Positions 23,925-37,015 of a stretch of DNA of 64,000 nucleotides are shown in pieces. Source of the DNA: Podarcis liolepis. Its lineage: Eukaryota. The translations under genes and the position numbers were made by a program. A model generated the notes under the pieces. It was given only the letters and a program-made list of their open reading frames with translations. It ran no database searches and was not told the DNA's origin. Numbering within the stretch: the first letter of the stretch is position 1; each line of letters begins with the position of its first letter. Location: the NCBI GenBank assembly GCA_965112155.1, contig OZ218099.1. One strand, written 5' to 3'.

Positions 23925-24166
23925 CCGTGGTACCACTGGTTACGTACTTAATTCGTTCTGGAGGTCCGTTCTTAACCTGAAACTGTTCTTAACCTGAAGC
24001 ACCACTTTAGCTAATGGGGCCTCCCACTGCTGCCGTGCCACCGGAGCACGATTTCTGTTCTCATCCTAAAGCAAAGTTCTTAACCCGAGGTACTATTTCT
24101 GGGTTAGCGGAGTCTGTAACCTGAAGCGTATGTAACCTGAAGCGTATGTAACCCGAGGTACCACTG
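23925..24166 (-). mobile_element. Tc1/pogo-type MITE
   Basis: Reverse-orientation copy of the 11622 family; TA flanks. Confidence 0.9.
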
Positions 24167-27100
24167 TATATCACCTTCAGATGCAAGCATAGCTCACCCT
24201 CATTCTGATGTAATCCTTTATGATTTTGCGTTTGTCGAAAGAGTAGCATAAACAAAGTGAGATCTCTTCCAGTTCCCTGGGTGTGCTATGTAAACAGAAC
24301 CAATGAAGGCTGAACCAATGTTGGTGGCATTGAGCCTTCCTATATCCATGCCATCAAGATCAAATCAGCAGATTTTGCCACCGACTTTGCACTGTTACTT
24401 TGTAGAAACGAAGGTGTGTGATACTGGCGCAGGCAAATGTTAAGGTTTAGCTCTAACCTTATGTAACTGAATCAGTTGCAAGTTTTATTTTGCAAGCTGT
24501 AAAATATTCAGTGACTTCTGAAGCGGCAGTGATTGCTTTGATTTTGTCCTAAGCTTGATAAATGTTTAATTAGATTTTAAAAAAAATGTGCACCTAGCGC
24601 ACTCTGTTGTCTTCTTTAAATGTTCCTCCCCTCATTGTATGGAATCAGATATTTTGATTTTTGAAATGTGAAATTCTGGGCTGTGAATATACTTAAGACT
24701 CAGTTACCTGGGAACAAGACCCACTGAGTTCATTTTGGTTTACTTCTGAGTAGGCACACAGAGATTTCAAAGTAGCCTTGTAAAACTCTTACCTGCCTGG
24801 GGGGTTGTTGATGTGATTGACAAAGTTCTGCATCTGAATTGTCACGAGAAGCAAAAGTCAAGCCACACATACAAACCTATGCTTGAACTGGATCTAACTA
24901 GGTTTTTTTTTTTATCAAAACATTGTTACATGGTTTTGAGCACCGGGATAAATGTTTGTGACCTGAAGTGATATAGCTGATTTTGCTGTTACTATTTCAG
25001 AACTACTTGTACCCAACTTAGATCAAGGTACAGGCTACTGGGCGTTGGGTTAATGAAAAAGCTTTTTAACTAATTGCAGGGATTCTCTTTAATTGGGTAT
25101 CAAGAACCGGATAGATCCGGTTAATCTCTTACATAAGTCAGTGAAGCTGATCCAGGAAACAGTTCTCTTGGGCCTTTTGCTGTCTTGAGCAGTTAATAAT
25201 AATTAATATTATTAAATATTAATTTTCAGCTTGCCTGATCCGGTTTTGTTCTTAAGACTCCCAAGTAAAAACTGGGTTAATTGCCCCCGTGTGCTTTATA
25301 ATTAAATAAGTTGATGACTACCTCATGATAGATAGCAAGCCTAATCCTCAGGAGAACGGACAGTTCTGGGACGGAGACAGCAAGAAGGTGAAGCCAGCTA
25401 TCATGAGTGCCCCACGCTGGAATTATTTACTAAATCTTCAAAATTTATGGATTTGCCTGCCTCCTTTTTCCCTGTGTGTTGTTCCTTCAAGGAACCGAGA
25501 GGGCTCAGGGCTGGATGGAACTGAAATGAATCCTGTCAGGGTTTCTCTCCACCTAGGAGAAGCTTTGTCCTTACTGCACTGTAAATAAATGGGCCAAACC
25601 CTAATGACTGTCCTTCCACAAATATTCCAAACAAAGCTGTTGTTCGCTTGCTCTCATGTTCTGCTTGCGGGTTTCGAACAGGCATCTGGTTGGCCATTGT
25701 GAGGGGGGAAAAACGCTGCAGTAGATGGACCACTGGCCTGATTCAGCAAGCTCTTCTTAAGTTCTTACACTCTGAAGAAAATTTAAACTGAATTGATATG
25801 TCTAAAACTGCTCGCTGGTTCTTGAATGTCTCGGGAACCTCAGGGTGCTAGCCCTGCTCAGAATAGATCCATTTAAATTAAATAGTCTTTAGTTGATCCT
25901 GGTCTTTAATTTCAGTGGGTTTATTTTGAGTAGGACTAGCGTTGGATTCAGCCCTCGGGATATTTGGCAGTCACCGGGCTGCTAATCTTGCCCATGTTTG
26001 TGCATGAACTTGACGATTATAGTAACTGGTTTTCTGATCCATGTTAGCTTATTCCCTTGAGTAGATTCTGAGCCCAGCCCAGTGAAAAGAGAAGACACAA
26101 GTCTCCTGATGTCTAAATGCTGAAGACCTGCCCATAGCTACTCTATAGTTCAGTTTCTCTTCTTGCGGTGAGCCAATATGATCACGGGCTTCATTGTGCA
26201 GGGCTCTGTAATTGTTGCCCCAGCAAAGTCTCCTCCCAACCTGTTGGCCTTCCAGATGTTTTTGCACTACAGCTCCCATTGGCCTTGACCACCGGTCTTG
26301 CTTGGGCTGATGGGAGGTGGAGTCCAATAACATCAGGAGCACAACTGCTTGGGGAAAGTGACCTTGGCTTTCTCAGAGACATTGTTCCGTGAGTACATTT
26401 AAAGTGCTATGATGCCACTTCAAACTCTCATGGCTTCCCCCAAGGAATTCTGGGAGCTGTAGTTTGTTAAAAGGTGCTGAGAGCTATTAGGAGGCCTCAC
26501 AGAGCTCTAAATTCCCAGAATTCCCTTTGAAGAGGGATTGATTATAAAACAATTCCAGGCTATAATGGTCCAGCAATACAGGAAGGGACCAGTTTCTTCA
26601 GATCCTAACAACAGCTGAGCCCATTGAATTATATGCCACACCAGGCAGCTGCTTAGTCTGTTTGTATAGGAGAGCCAACCTTGGTTTTTACGATCATTAT
26701 TTTGTTTGAAGTATTTCAAAGGATCCCCTTCTCCCTCTCTCTCCATTGTAATTAGGCAGGAAAGAAGCATTCTGTTGTAGCAATAGAATGAGTTAGAGTT
26801 AGTGTGTGGTAACCACAACAGTTTCCCTAGTTTGAAAATGTGTCCGTATCGCCCCAAAGGTTGGGAACTGATGCAGTAAAACAGTTCAGCTTTCCTTTCC
26901 CCTTCCTTTTTCTTTCTTTTCTTTTTTTAAAAATTTGTTTATTTGGTTTTCAGATCAAAGTTTTGCAATCACATATCCAATATGCAACATAAAAACAAGA
27001 TTCTAAAGAATCTCCTGGACTTCCCTCTTCCCCTTTGTGGGTCCTATTGTGAATCATTTCCTCCTGCGTCTTTTATGATAATCCAAATCTTTTACATCTC

Positions 27101-27236
27101 CATTATGTCCACAGTTCACCATTAAACTACAAGTGTTATTCCAGTCCTACTTACAGATAGGTAGCCGTGTTGGTCTGCCATAGTCAAAATAAAAAAAATC
27201 CAGTAGCACCTTTAAGACCAACTAAGTTAGTTCTTG

Positions 27237-27274
27237 GTATGAGCTTTCGTGTGCAAGCACACTTCTTCAGATAC
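27237..27274 (-). ncRNA. Minimal hammerhead ribozyme motif (mirror arm)
   Basis: Exact reverse complement of 27337-27374. Confidence 0.75.
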
Positions 27275-27336
27275 ACTGAAACAGAAGTTGCCAGATCCTT
27301 CTATATAGTGAAGGATCTGGCAACTTCTGTTTCAGT

Positions 27337-27374
27337 GTATCTGAAGAAGTGTGCTTGCACACGAAAGCTCATAC
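27337..27374 (+). ncRNA. Minimal hammerhead ribozyme motif, sense to ARSG pre-mRNA
   Basis: GUAU CUGAAGA A GUGUGC-UU-GCACAC GAAA GC UC|AUAC; predicted cleavage after 27370; palindromic AGCU stem III. Confidence 0.78.
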
Positions 27375-30300
27375 CAAGAACTAACTTAGTTGGTCTTAAA
27401 GGTGCTACTGGAAGGATTTTTTTTATCCAGTCCTACTAACAGTTTTAACCGTTAACAATGGTTTTTAAGGTAAATTAAAAATTTTCCCCATTCCTTATTA
27501 AAATTCTGGTCTTCCTGATTTCTGATTCTTCCAGTCATTGCCAATTTGGCATAATCCATCAACTTAAACTGCCATTCTTCTCTTGTAGGGACTTTATCTT
27601 CTTTCCATCTCTGGGCCAATAACATCCGCACAGCCGTGCTCACATATATAAATAGTCTTTCCCCTTCATTTTTCAGGTCATTGTGATTGAAGAGAGGAAC
27701 TTGCAGTTTGTTTATTTATTGTTCTTTTTAAAGTGGGGTCCCTTTGAATGAAAAATGAATTATTTTTTAAGGAAAGGGTGATAGGCTGTTTATGAACGTT
27801 GACTTTTCAGGGGTAATATTAGTGTTTCTTTTTAAGTTACACATTGGGGGAATATGGCAACAAAGCGAAGTCTGTGGATCTCTCATGACTGGCAGCTTGT
27901 CTCCCTTGTTCATGAAATCAGGGAAGTAATGTAGGTTGTGCTAGGAACAACTAAGTTTTGAATTCGTGTATAGGAAATGGAAGGGAATTCAGGCTACAGG
28001 GTATAAACGACTCTGCTTGGAAATGGCCAATTTATTTATTTTTTTTAATTGTAATATGTGCCGTGACTTGTAAATATTCATGGCATGTATTTGTCATATA
28101 TGCGGTGGAAGACTTGATACGATGCAAGATGGAAATGATGGTAAAGATATATTTCATGCAGGGCACCGCGAGTCCGTTTGGGAACTGTGAGTTTGTTTGT
28201 TCCCAACATCCAAGAGTTTATACACGCACAAATACGCAAATGCACACGCACTAGCCGTAATCTTGTTCCTCTTCAACATTTGTCATCCCGCCCTTTTCCC
28301 TTTGGAAGGCCCTGAGGAAGAGCAGGCCTTGTTAGAGGAGACAAATATAGCTGTAAACAAGAAAACAGGACATGTTCTCTGGCAATTTAAAAATAACCTA
28401 GCCTAGGTTAGAATTGCCCAGGCTTCCCCCAAATTCTGCGTGGGAATGTTGAAGCCACCTGGAATCTGCAAAGTGATTTCCTTTTATGTAGTTAAAGCTG
28501 CAATCCTGTACACACTTGCCTGGATCCAGCATCCGTGCATACCCAGAATCGGCTCCAGTGTGTCCCGCCAGCTCACTGGGTTTTTAAGGGTTTTTTTTTT
28601 TGCAAAAACAAGTTTCAAATATCAACATATCAGACTGAATAATCAATACAAATTAAGATGACATAAAGAGAGTAAAAACGACTTCCCTCCACCTGTATGT
28701 GACTTTTCCTTTTAAATGTTACTTTTCTCGTTGTGTTCTTATACAGTGGTACCTCGTTTTGAGTCTGAAATACATAGATAATTATGAAATGATTGTAAAG
28801 TTTAATAGGTTAACTGTTTATATTTGGACAACTTTTCTGCTGTTCTTTATTGGAAGGAGAAAAATAATCATTTCCTTAATAACAATTTAAACAATTTTTC
28901 TAACTAAAGCAATAACATTATAGCATATGTATCCATGTTTGTTAACTGATGTGGTTAAACTTAAAAAAACCAAAAACACCTTAGACTGAGTTTTAGCACA
29001 CATGAAAAACTGAAAACAAATCCTTATTTCCTGATGAATAGCCTTTGGACTATAATGTAACTTAAATAGAAAACTATCTTTAGAAAGAATTTGCCTCCAA
29101 AAACATTTTATTTTAAAAATCTTATTTAAATAAAAAAAATCTGATTTTTAATTTTTTTAAAAAAAGATAAATAAATTTGACTTTTATCCACCCTGTTTCC
29201 AGACAAGATTGACTCCATACATCTTACTTAGGAGGGGAAAAAAGCCATACCACATGACATAAGTTTGAACTCATCTATTGTTTACACCTACACAATAATT
29301 ACCCCCCCCCAAAAACCCACACACACTTCAATTATTTGGAAGAGCCAATTTAACACATTGGAAAAAGAGAGAGATTTGCACCTGCAAAGATGCATGTATG
29401 GGTTTAAAAATATCGACTATACTTTAAATGGTATGAACAGGTTTGTTGAGAAGTGATGTGTGAAGAAGTTCATTAGCAATGCAGCGTTGGGGTCAAGGCC
29501 GTTTTGAGAAGGAAATTGCAACGGAAGGCGGATAGCGCCCAAGCTCTGCTTCATCCTGTTGCAACAAAACAGTTGGCGGTGTCGAGAGAAGCCGTTGTCT
29601 GCATATCACTTCAGGGAAATAAAAAGCTAATGCAATTAGGAACTAGGTTGTGGGAGAGGAAATGACTGCTGTCAGCTTTTTTGAAGCCAGTCACTCAGGG
29701 CGGAGCCTTGTGCTGTGCACATAGGCCTCAAATCTCCAAAGAGGCACTTAGCAACAGGGGAGAAAAAAGTAAACAGAAGAAACCTAGGATGTGTCAACAG
29801 AAAATTTGATTATCTGCTCATAACAGGAAAGAGCAACGCCTCTGCCAAAGCTTGGGGTTCTTCCCCCTCTCCCAATTTTCTGCAGATGCTAGAATCGAAG
29901 TGCAGTGGTTGGGATGGTCAGAGGCACCTTTTGAGTAAATTCACTGGCTGCTTTGCATCCCATATCTTAGTCTGCAAATGCAGAAGCCAACCATACATTC
30001 GTTGCGCTCTTCAGAAATTCGTACTGAAATGGTGGATGAGGCTGCTGTTTAAAGAAACTGGAGGGTTTGAGAATGGACAATTAGGTGAGAGATTGGGGTG
30101 GGAGTTTGGTCACATTGATGTGGTGCTTGGGAATCGCTGAGCTCAAATTTTTTTTTTCTCATTTGACTGGCTTAGATGGAGGCATTATACCTCCCTCTCG
30201 CCGCCATCTCCATTACCCAGATACAGGCCATTTTAAACCATTAAGACTTCCTCGTGGGGTGTCGCCTGCACTAATAAGAGCATGGTTCTAAAAGGACTGC

Positions 30301-31316
30301 TACACTGACGGCCTTTTGGTTCCAGCAGGAAGAAGGGCTAATGATCATTTTATATTTTTCTATCCTAAATTGATGCGTTGCAAAAATGGTTTGCAGCACA
30401 GAATGTGCAGGCCAGTTGTTTTCCTGGTTTACGTCCAGGGTGCACCTGCCTTGTGGACTGCACTAATACGCCACAGAACCATTCTTAAGGTACGAAAGCG
30501 AAAGACAGCTTTGCTTCTACAGATAGCTCCAAAGGTCAGTACTTGAGGCAGGTACAGCGATTCTTCCAGAGATACCTTGCCGTTAAGTACCTTTTCTTAG
30601 GAGCTGAGAGCTGGCGCACTTAGATTTTTGCTCCTTTGGACGCATCTACTGCTCACGGAGTCTTGATTTGGACTCTTTGAACCCTCTCTTTGAACCCATT
30701 CCACCTTATCCTTATCACATAATTTCAACTTACTTGCATCTTTATTGATGTTTAAACTTGCTCTGATTAGCTGCCCTGGGCGTGTTTATGAGGCTGTTAA
30801 ACTAAAGGGATCAAACATCTCCTGTTATTTATAAAAAGTGCCTTAAAGAATGGCTCCTGGACCAGAGGGAAAGGGAGAAGCCAAGGATATGTAACCCTCT
30901 TCAGGTGTTCCGTAAGTGTGTTAACTAAACATCCATGATCTGGTCTTTGTTCTCATTACCCTCTGTTAAGTTGGAGGGCGACTTTCTGAAATGGGGAGCC
31001 TTCTGAGCTCCTGGAGAACGATGAAGGCTGTGGAGCTAGAACCTTATCAGGGTTCTAGAACTTATGCCAAGATTCTAAAATGTGCAGGGAGCCACATGAG
31101 TTTGGAGGCTCCCTACTTCTGACGGTCACCCTCCAACTTGCCGAGGGCGATAAGTGTGACGTATTTTTTAGCATGCTTGCAGAACTCCTGGAGAGGGCTT
31201 GTGTGTCGTGCAACTCAACTTTTTGTTTGCTTGTTCAACCTGTGATACACCTCTTACCTTTCTACACAGAAGTATACTCAAGGTAGCTACAGAAAGAAGT
31301 TGCTACCTCGCAAGAG

Positions 31317-32167
31317 TAGGGCTGGGCGCTATCTGGTTTTCAACATTGTGATATATCACCAGCTAAACATCACAATATACCGATATATCACAATGTCTGA
31401 AATTCACGGCCTAGGACCTTCGTACCTACAGGACCGCCTCTCCTGGTATGCCCCACGGAGAACCTTAAGGTCCATAAATAGCAACACCCTAGAGGTCCTG
31501 GGCCCTAAGGAAGTTAGATTAGCCTCAACCAGAGCCAGGGCCTTTTCAACAGTGGCTCCGGCCTGGTGGAATGCTCTGTCTCATGAGACCAGGGCCCTGC
31601 AGGATCTGATTTCATTCCTCAGGGCCTGTAAAACAAGAGTTGTTCCGCCTGGCCTTTGGCTTGGAATCAATTTGATTCCCTCCCCCTCTTTCTTTTTTCC
31701 ATTCTCCTCCTGTGATGGGAGACTTCCCTGGCTTTTTTCTGGCCCATGTAGGACCAGTCTGGATAGTTAGCCTTTGTGAAGACTTGACATTTTCATCCCC
31801 AAAAAAGCTTTTGATTTGAATTTGCATTGAAATGAGGCTGCATTTTAATGTTGTATTTTAATCTTGTTTTTTAAAGTTGTATTTCAATCAATTTGTTTTT
31901 ATATCGGTTGTTAGCCGCCCTGAGCCTGGTCTTGACTGGAGAGGGCGGGGTATAAATAAAATTTATTATTTATTATTATTTATTAAATAAGCTATGTGGA
32001 GTCATTGGCTGGCTTCACTTTTGTTCCCACGTTGTGATTTTTGCATAGCACACACACATCATGATTTGCAATATATTGCCAGGTCAGAAGCTATGAAACC
32101 GATATTGTATCATGATATGAACTTCAAACCGGTTTTGAACGACATGTTGATATATCGCCTAGCCCTA
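31317..32167. mobile_element. hAT-type MITE interrupted by an L2 3' fragment (approx. 31402-31985)
   Basis: TAGGGCTGGGCG...CGCCTAGCCCTA TIRs. The insert encodes L2 RT C-terminus HGLGPSYLQDRL...RAFSTVAPAWWNAL and ends in a (TTA)n tail. Confidence 0.8.
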
Positions 32168-33552
32168 GGCATGAGCCTTGGTTGCATCTGTGAAACACAG
32201 GGAAACCTCTTTTGCCTGTAGTATCTATGGCAGTTCAGTGCAGTTTGGTTTCTTTGCAGCGTGAGGGTTGGACCTGGGTTGGTCTGCAAAGAATCACTTT
32301 CCCATGTTGTCCTTTCACCCACAAAAGTAAGCATTTAAACCAAAGTCGCACAAAGTCAAGTCTTAATACGACATGATTTGTCCTCTTATGGAATTGCTAT
32401 TCTTCTGCTCCAGGTTTACCCCTTGCACAATGATGCTTCCAGGCTAATTTCCTGGTTGCGGGGTGTGTCTTCTCTTCATCTCCCCCCACTCCCAGGTCCA
32501 TCAGTTTATTTCCGGTGGCGGAAGACAGCAGACTCCAGTTCCTGATGTAATTTCTCCTCCTTTCACCTTAATCTCCTTCCTCCTGTACTTCTTGCTAGGA
32601 ATAACTACTATCCCTTTTCCCCTTGCTAAGGATATATGCTATGCATGATAAAGGGGCACTCGGCAACTGTTTCTGTGGGTGAAAACAGACATTGTTATTC
32701 TCAACCATGGAGCCATCTGCAACTGTCATTCCCAAACTGAGTACACTTGCCAGGGTGTGGGTGGGTGGGGGAGAGAGAGAGAGAGAATCACCAGAGTGTC
32801 TTGCAGAATTACCTAATAGAACAAAGGATCCCAAGAGGCTCTGGGAGTGCCTCCTTTCATTTAACCTCTGCTGCTAAGCAGTTCTTCTGTTCCTTGGCAC
32901 TGGGAGTGATTGATGGCGTCGTACGTGATGCCAAAATGACCTGTCCTTAAAGGAGGTCACCCATTGCATCTCTGCCTGAGTCCCTGCTCTGAGTGTGCCT
33001 ACTTCAAGAGCTTTAATTTCATTGTACACAGGTTGTATATGACAATAAAGGTGTTGTTGTTGTTGTTAGAGAGTGAATTGTGCGTCCTGTTTTAATTTAA
33101 AGGGGAGGGGGTGGATAGTGTGCTTCAGTGGCCAGGCTTTTTGGCAACACCAACCTATGCCAGTTTAAGGGAGCCCTGGTCTCTGGAAGAGCCGCTTCCC
33201 AGGGACTTCGCAGGCACTGGAGGGTCAAGCCACCCAATGCTTCTTTCACTGCATCCTGCCACTGAGAGTCTAAGTTCTCCAACCCAGTGCCTGTGTCCAC
33301 GTGGTGCCAGGCCTGTAATTCTTATTCTTTTAATGAAAAGGATGCCTGCATGATTTGCCTGAGAGCGTCATGTGTTGATGTCAGACCTGTCCTTGGAGCA
33401 TCTTCCTGTTAAATCTGATTTAGCAAAAAATAAATAAATCTCCATATGGGAAATAGGAAGGAAGGAATACTTTTCGTTTCCAGATTTGCAGCTGTATACT
33501 GAATGTGCATCCAAGAATTTGCACTATGTAGGTTGCAGTCGTCTTCATTATA

Positions 33553-33804
33553 CAGTAGTACCTTGGTTTAAGAGCAGCTTAGTTTATGAACAACGTGGAT
33601 TAAGAATGCTGCAAACCTGGAAGTAGGTGTTTTGGTTTGTGAACTTTGCCTTGGAAGCAGAACATGTACTGCTTCCTGTTGAGTGTGTTCCCTTTGTAAA
33701 TTGAGTCCCCCGCTGCTATGGGAAAGCACGCCTTGGTTTAAAAAAACTTTGGTTTAAGAAAGGATTTCTGGAACGGATTAAGTTCGTAAACCAAGGTATC
33801 ACTG
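33553..33804. mobile_element. Tc1/pogo-type MITE
   Basis: CAGTAGTACCTTGGTTTA...TAAACCAAGGTATCACTG, TA flanks. Confidence 0.85.
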
Positions 33805-34452
33805 TACTGACACCACCTGAATCGCTGTTTGTGTTGTTACTGAAGCCGTGTTGTTGCATTAATCTCTGGTGTTTTGTGATTCCTGAATCAAGGGATACAC
33901 TGCCTACTCCTCAGCTTCTTTTGCCCGACAACAGTGCAGGCGTTGCCTAAATTGGTGATTTTCAAACTCGTGGTTTGGGTTCCTCGGAAGTATGCCTCAG
34001 TGAGAATATCAGTAGTGGCTGACAAGTTTTCCTGACCAGCACTTCCCTTGCAATGCACAGTTACAGAAAAGGATCGGTTACATTCTGAACAGCACTCTTC
34101 GTTTACTGGGGGACAATGGTGAGGCTCAACAGGCCCAGCTAATGTTCTGCATGAACTGACAGTGGTTCTTAGAACGTAGCTTAGCTTCCTCTGCAACAAG
34201 CAGTCTGGGGACATCTGTGGTGGACATGATGAGGTCCCCTGTTTGGTTTGAAAAACACAGACTTAAATAAGCAGAACCACTGCAATTTTGGAGAAAGAAT
34301 CTCTTACAATTTCAGGCCAGCTGAGTGGAAAGATGTTATATTATCATGGCCGTAGTAATAGACTGTTGGGCAGCCATGCGGCCTCCGTTCTGACCAAGCC
34401 ATGCCTTCCTCCATTTAATTCACCAGTGTGCATTTCTGTGTTTTCTCTCTAG

Positions 34453-34649
34453 CCAGAGTGGACACCCATTCTTCCTATATATCGCCCTGGCTCATATGCA
34501 TGTGCCTTTGACGTTGGCTGAGCCAACATGGGACCTGCCTGGACAAGATCCATACGGAGCAAACCTGAGGGAGATGGATGCCCTGGTGGGACGAATAAAA
34601 GACGAAGTTGACAGCACAGCGAATGAAAACACACTCCTCTGGTTCACAG
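34453..34649 (+). CDS. ARSG: ARSG coding exon 6
   Basis: TAG acceptor after pyrimidine tract, 197 bp, QSGHPFFLYIALAHMHVPL...YGANLREMDALVGRIKDEVDSTANENTLLWFT, donor GTGAAG. Confidence 0.95.
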
Positions 34650-35101
34650 GTGAAGCGATACAACCCCAGTCACTGTAACAAAGGTTGCTTAGGCGGCTGG
34701 TTTTATGGGGTTTGTTATAAGGCTTTCTTTGGCTTCAGCTGCGCTAACACAAAGCAGCCTGAATAACTTAATAAATACGAATGTACAACACAGTGCCTTG
34801 TTCCAGCAGAATGTTAAATGGCTTAGTTGTGGCGTGTTGGCCTTGGATTCAAATCCTCCCTCAGCCGTTAAGCTCAAAGGGGACCTTGAGCTAGTTATTA
34901 TCCCTGAGCCTTATTTACCTCACACAGTAGTCTTACAGAAAAACAGGGGGAGGGGAAAGAATCTGACAAAAAAATAATCATTAAAAAAGAAGAAAAGCAA
35001 CATTTGGATAGGGCAGATTTCAGTGAGGGTGCCAAGGCAGTTCTCGGAACCCAGGAAAAGAACTTCAGGGTCTTGTAAAAAGAGGGGCGGACTTTTAAAT
35101 A

Positions 35102-35327
35102 CAGTAGTACCTCAGGTTAAGTACTTAATTCGTTCCGGAGGTCCGTACTTAACCTGAAACTGTTCTTAACCCGAAGCACCACTTTAGCTAATGGGGCCTC
35201 CTGCTGCTGCTGCGTTGCCGCCGCACGATTTCTGTTCTCAACCTGAAGCAAAGTTCTTAACCTGAAGCACTATTTCTGGGTTAGCGGAGTCTGTAACCTG
35301 AAGCGTATGTAACCCGAGGTACCACTG
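35102..35327 (-). mobile_element. Tc1/pogo-type MITE
   Basis: 11622 family, reverse orientation, TA flanks. Confidence 0.9.
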
Positions 35328-36615
35328 TATTCGCCCCCTCCACCCTGCGACAAGTTCTACTGCACAGAACTTCTGCCCAAATTGAAATCGGAGTGGATGA
35401 AGATTTGCTGTCTTCCCTGACTGGCAAAGGCTTGGCATTACCCTGAGTAAAGACTTTGTCAGCCAGGGATTTTGAAGGGGTTTTTTGGCAGCTGCAGATG
35501 ATATTGTTTCTGTTGCCAAAGTCCCCCACAAGCTTCTTTAAAATTGGCCTAGAGCAACATAAAGGAGCTACGTCATACACCGCTGTGTTGCATAGGCCTG
35601 GTTTCAAGAGGTGTGCGGGCAAAACTATAGGCTGATGGGAAAATCTGTTCTTTGGGGAGGACCCTTTGTCCCCTCCCTCCCCCCATCCACCCGCCAATGG
35701 CTGCCATTCATTTCTGTAGGGGAAGAAAAAGGATCCTTCAGTTGGTTTAAAAATATTAACTACCTGACATCTTCATATCTCTCTCCCCACCCCCCACTAA
35801 GAACCTGGGTAATTTCCAAGTTGATCTGAGGGGAGCTTTGAAAAACTTGAATAAACAGTGCTCTCTTGTATGGTCTTTAGAAACTGTGTAACACGCCATC
35901 AGGGGCTGCCAATGTTTTGGGGCCCATAAGCCTAATTGTAAACCAGATTGAACCCTATAATCTGTTGCCTGTAATGGAATGCTTCTTTCAAGCCTAATTT
36001 CATCGGTGGGGTAAGGAGGGGACCTTTCAGGCAATAGGGAAGGCCCACGTTTCCTGCATTGCAGGGCTTGGGACTACCTGACCCTTGGAGACCCTTCCAG
36101 CTCACATCAGGCTTGGCCAACCTGGTACCCTCTAGATGTTTTGACCCACAACTCCCGTCAGCCCCAGCTAGCCTCAGGTTGCAGAGAAGGGACTGTCAGT
36201 TTGATTAATTGGTCGGAATATCCTGCCTCTGCACATTACATTCTGTTCTTGAAAATATTTCTTCATGTGCTGTGTCCCGTTCTTGTGTGAGGCTACCCAT
36301 GGTCTCCCATCCAAGGACCTGGCCAGGTCTGCAGCTGCTTAGCTTCAATAACGCTAGAGGAACACGTAGCTCAGCACACACTCTACTGCACCCTGCACAT
36401 GACAGTCTTTTGAGGGAGCTCCTTCTTGCCCCCAAGCTGGACTGAACCCAAATCTATTTGTGTGATCCATAATAGGACATGTGCCTTACGTTGATCTATA
36501 GATTCACACAGCTGAGGGCTTAGTGCACTGAAATCCGCTCTTCTCTGAGTCAGCTGAAAGCCTTTCACCCACGTCCCTGTTTTCTTGAACTTGTGCAATA
36601 GCAGAGTTAACTCAA

Positions 36616-37015
36616 CAGACCCTCCAAGTGTCGATATTTTCCAGGGACGTCCCTGATTTAGAGAAGCCATCCCAGTTTCTGATTTGATCCCAGAATGTCC
36701 CGCTTTTCCTTAGGATATTCCTATTTTCATTGGAGAGATGTTGGAAGGTAAGGTTGGATATTTCCATTTTAACTGAAGAAATGTTGAAAGGTATGGAGTT
36801 ATCTGACCCCCCCCCCCAGCCATCTGAAGGCAATATTGTATAGGGAAGTTTTTTTTAAAAAAGATGTGTAATGTTTTATTATGTTTTTATACATGTTGGA
36901 AACTGCCCAGAGTGGCTGGGGCAACCCAGTAAGATATGTGTGGGATATAAATAGTAAAATTATCATTATGGAATGGGACGTCCCTATTTTCATCGAAGAA
37001 ACGTTGGAGGGTATG
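36616..37015 (+). mobile_element. Composite MITE with 6-bp TSD, carrying an L2-type tail
   Basis: CAGACCCTCCAA...TTGGAGGGTATG; TSD ACTCAA/ACTCGA. Confidence 0.75.

Larger units (their letters stand above)
27152..27425. mobile_element. Penelope-like element, family A, inverted pLTR pair inserted in an L1 fragment
   Basis: Perfect 103-bp arms at 27199-27301 and 27310-27412 with an 8-nt loop; extra tail on the left arm only. TSD TCCAGTCCTACT at 27140-27151 and 27426-27437. Confidence 0.9.
26930..27660 (-). mobile_element. L1-type LINE 3' end, split by the Penelope palindrome (approx.)
   Basis: ORF2 C-terminus AVRMLLAQRWKEDKVPTREEWQFKLMDYAKL...FNKEWGKFLIYL; 3' UTR and A-rich tail to the left. 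Confidence 0.75.

Noticed and set aside
25353-25387. Possible cryptic exon (CAG|GAGAAC...AAG|GTGAAG)
   Set aside because: Poor pyrimidine tract and weak donor; the ARSG frame is complete without it.
34108-34123. GGGGACAATGGTGAGG reads GDNG, like the sulfatase motif
   Set aside because: It lies upstream of coding exon 6, has no acceptor and no further similarity. The true GDNG exon is 38720-38800.
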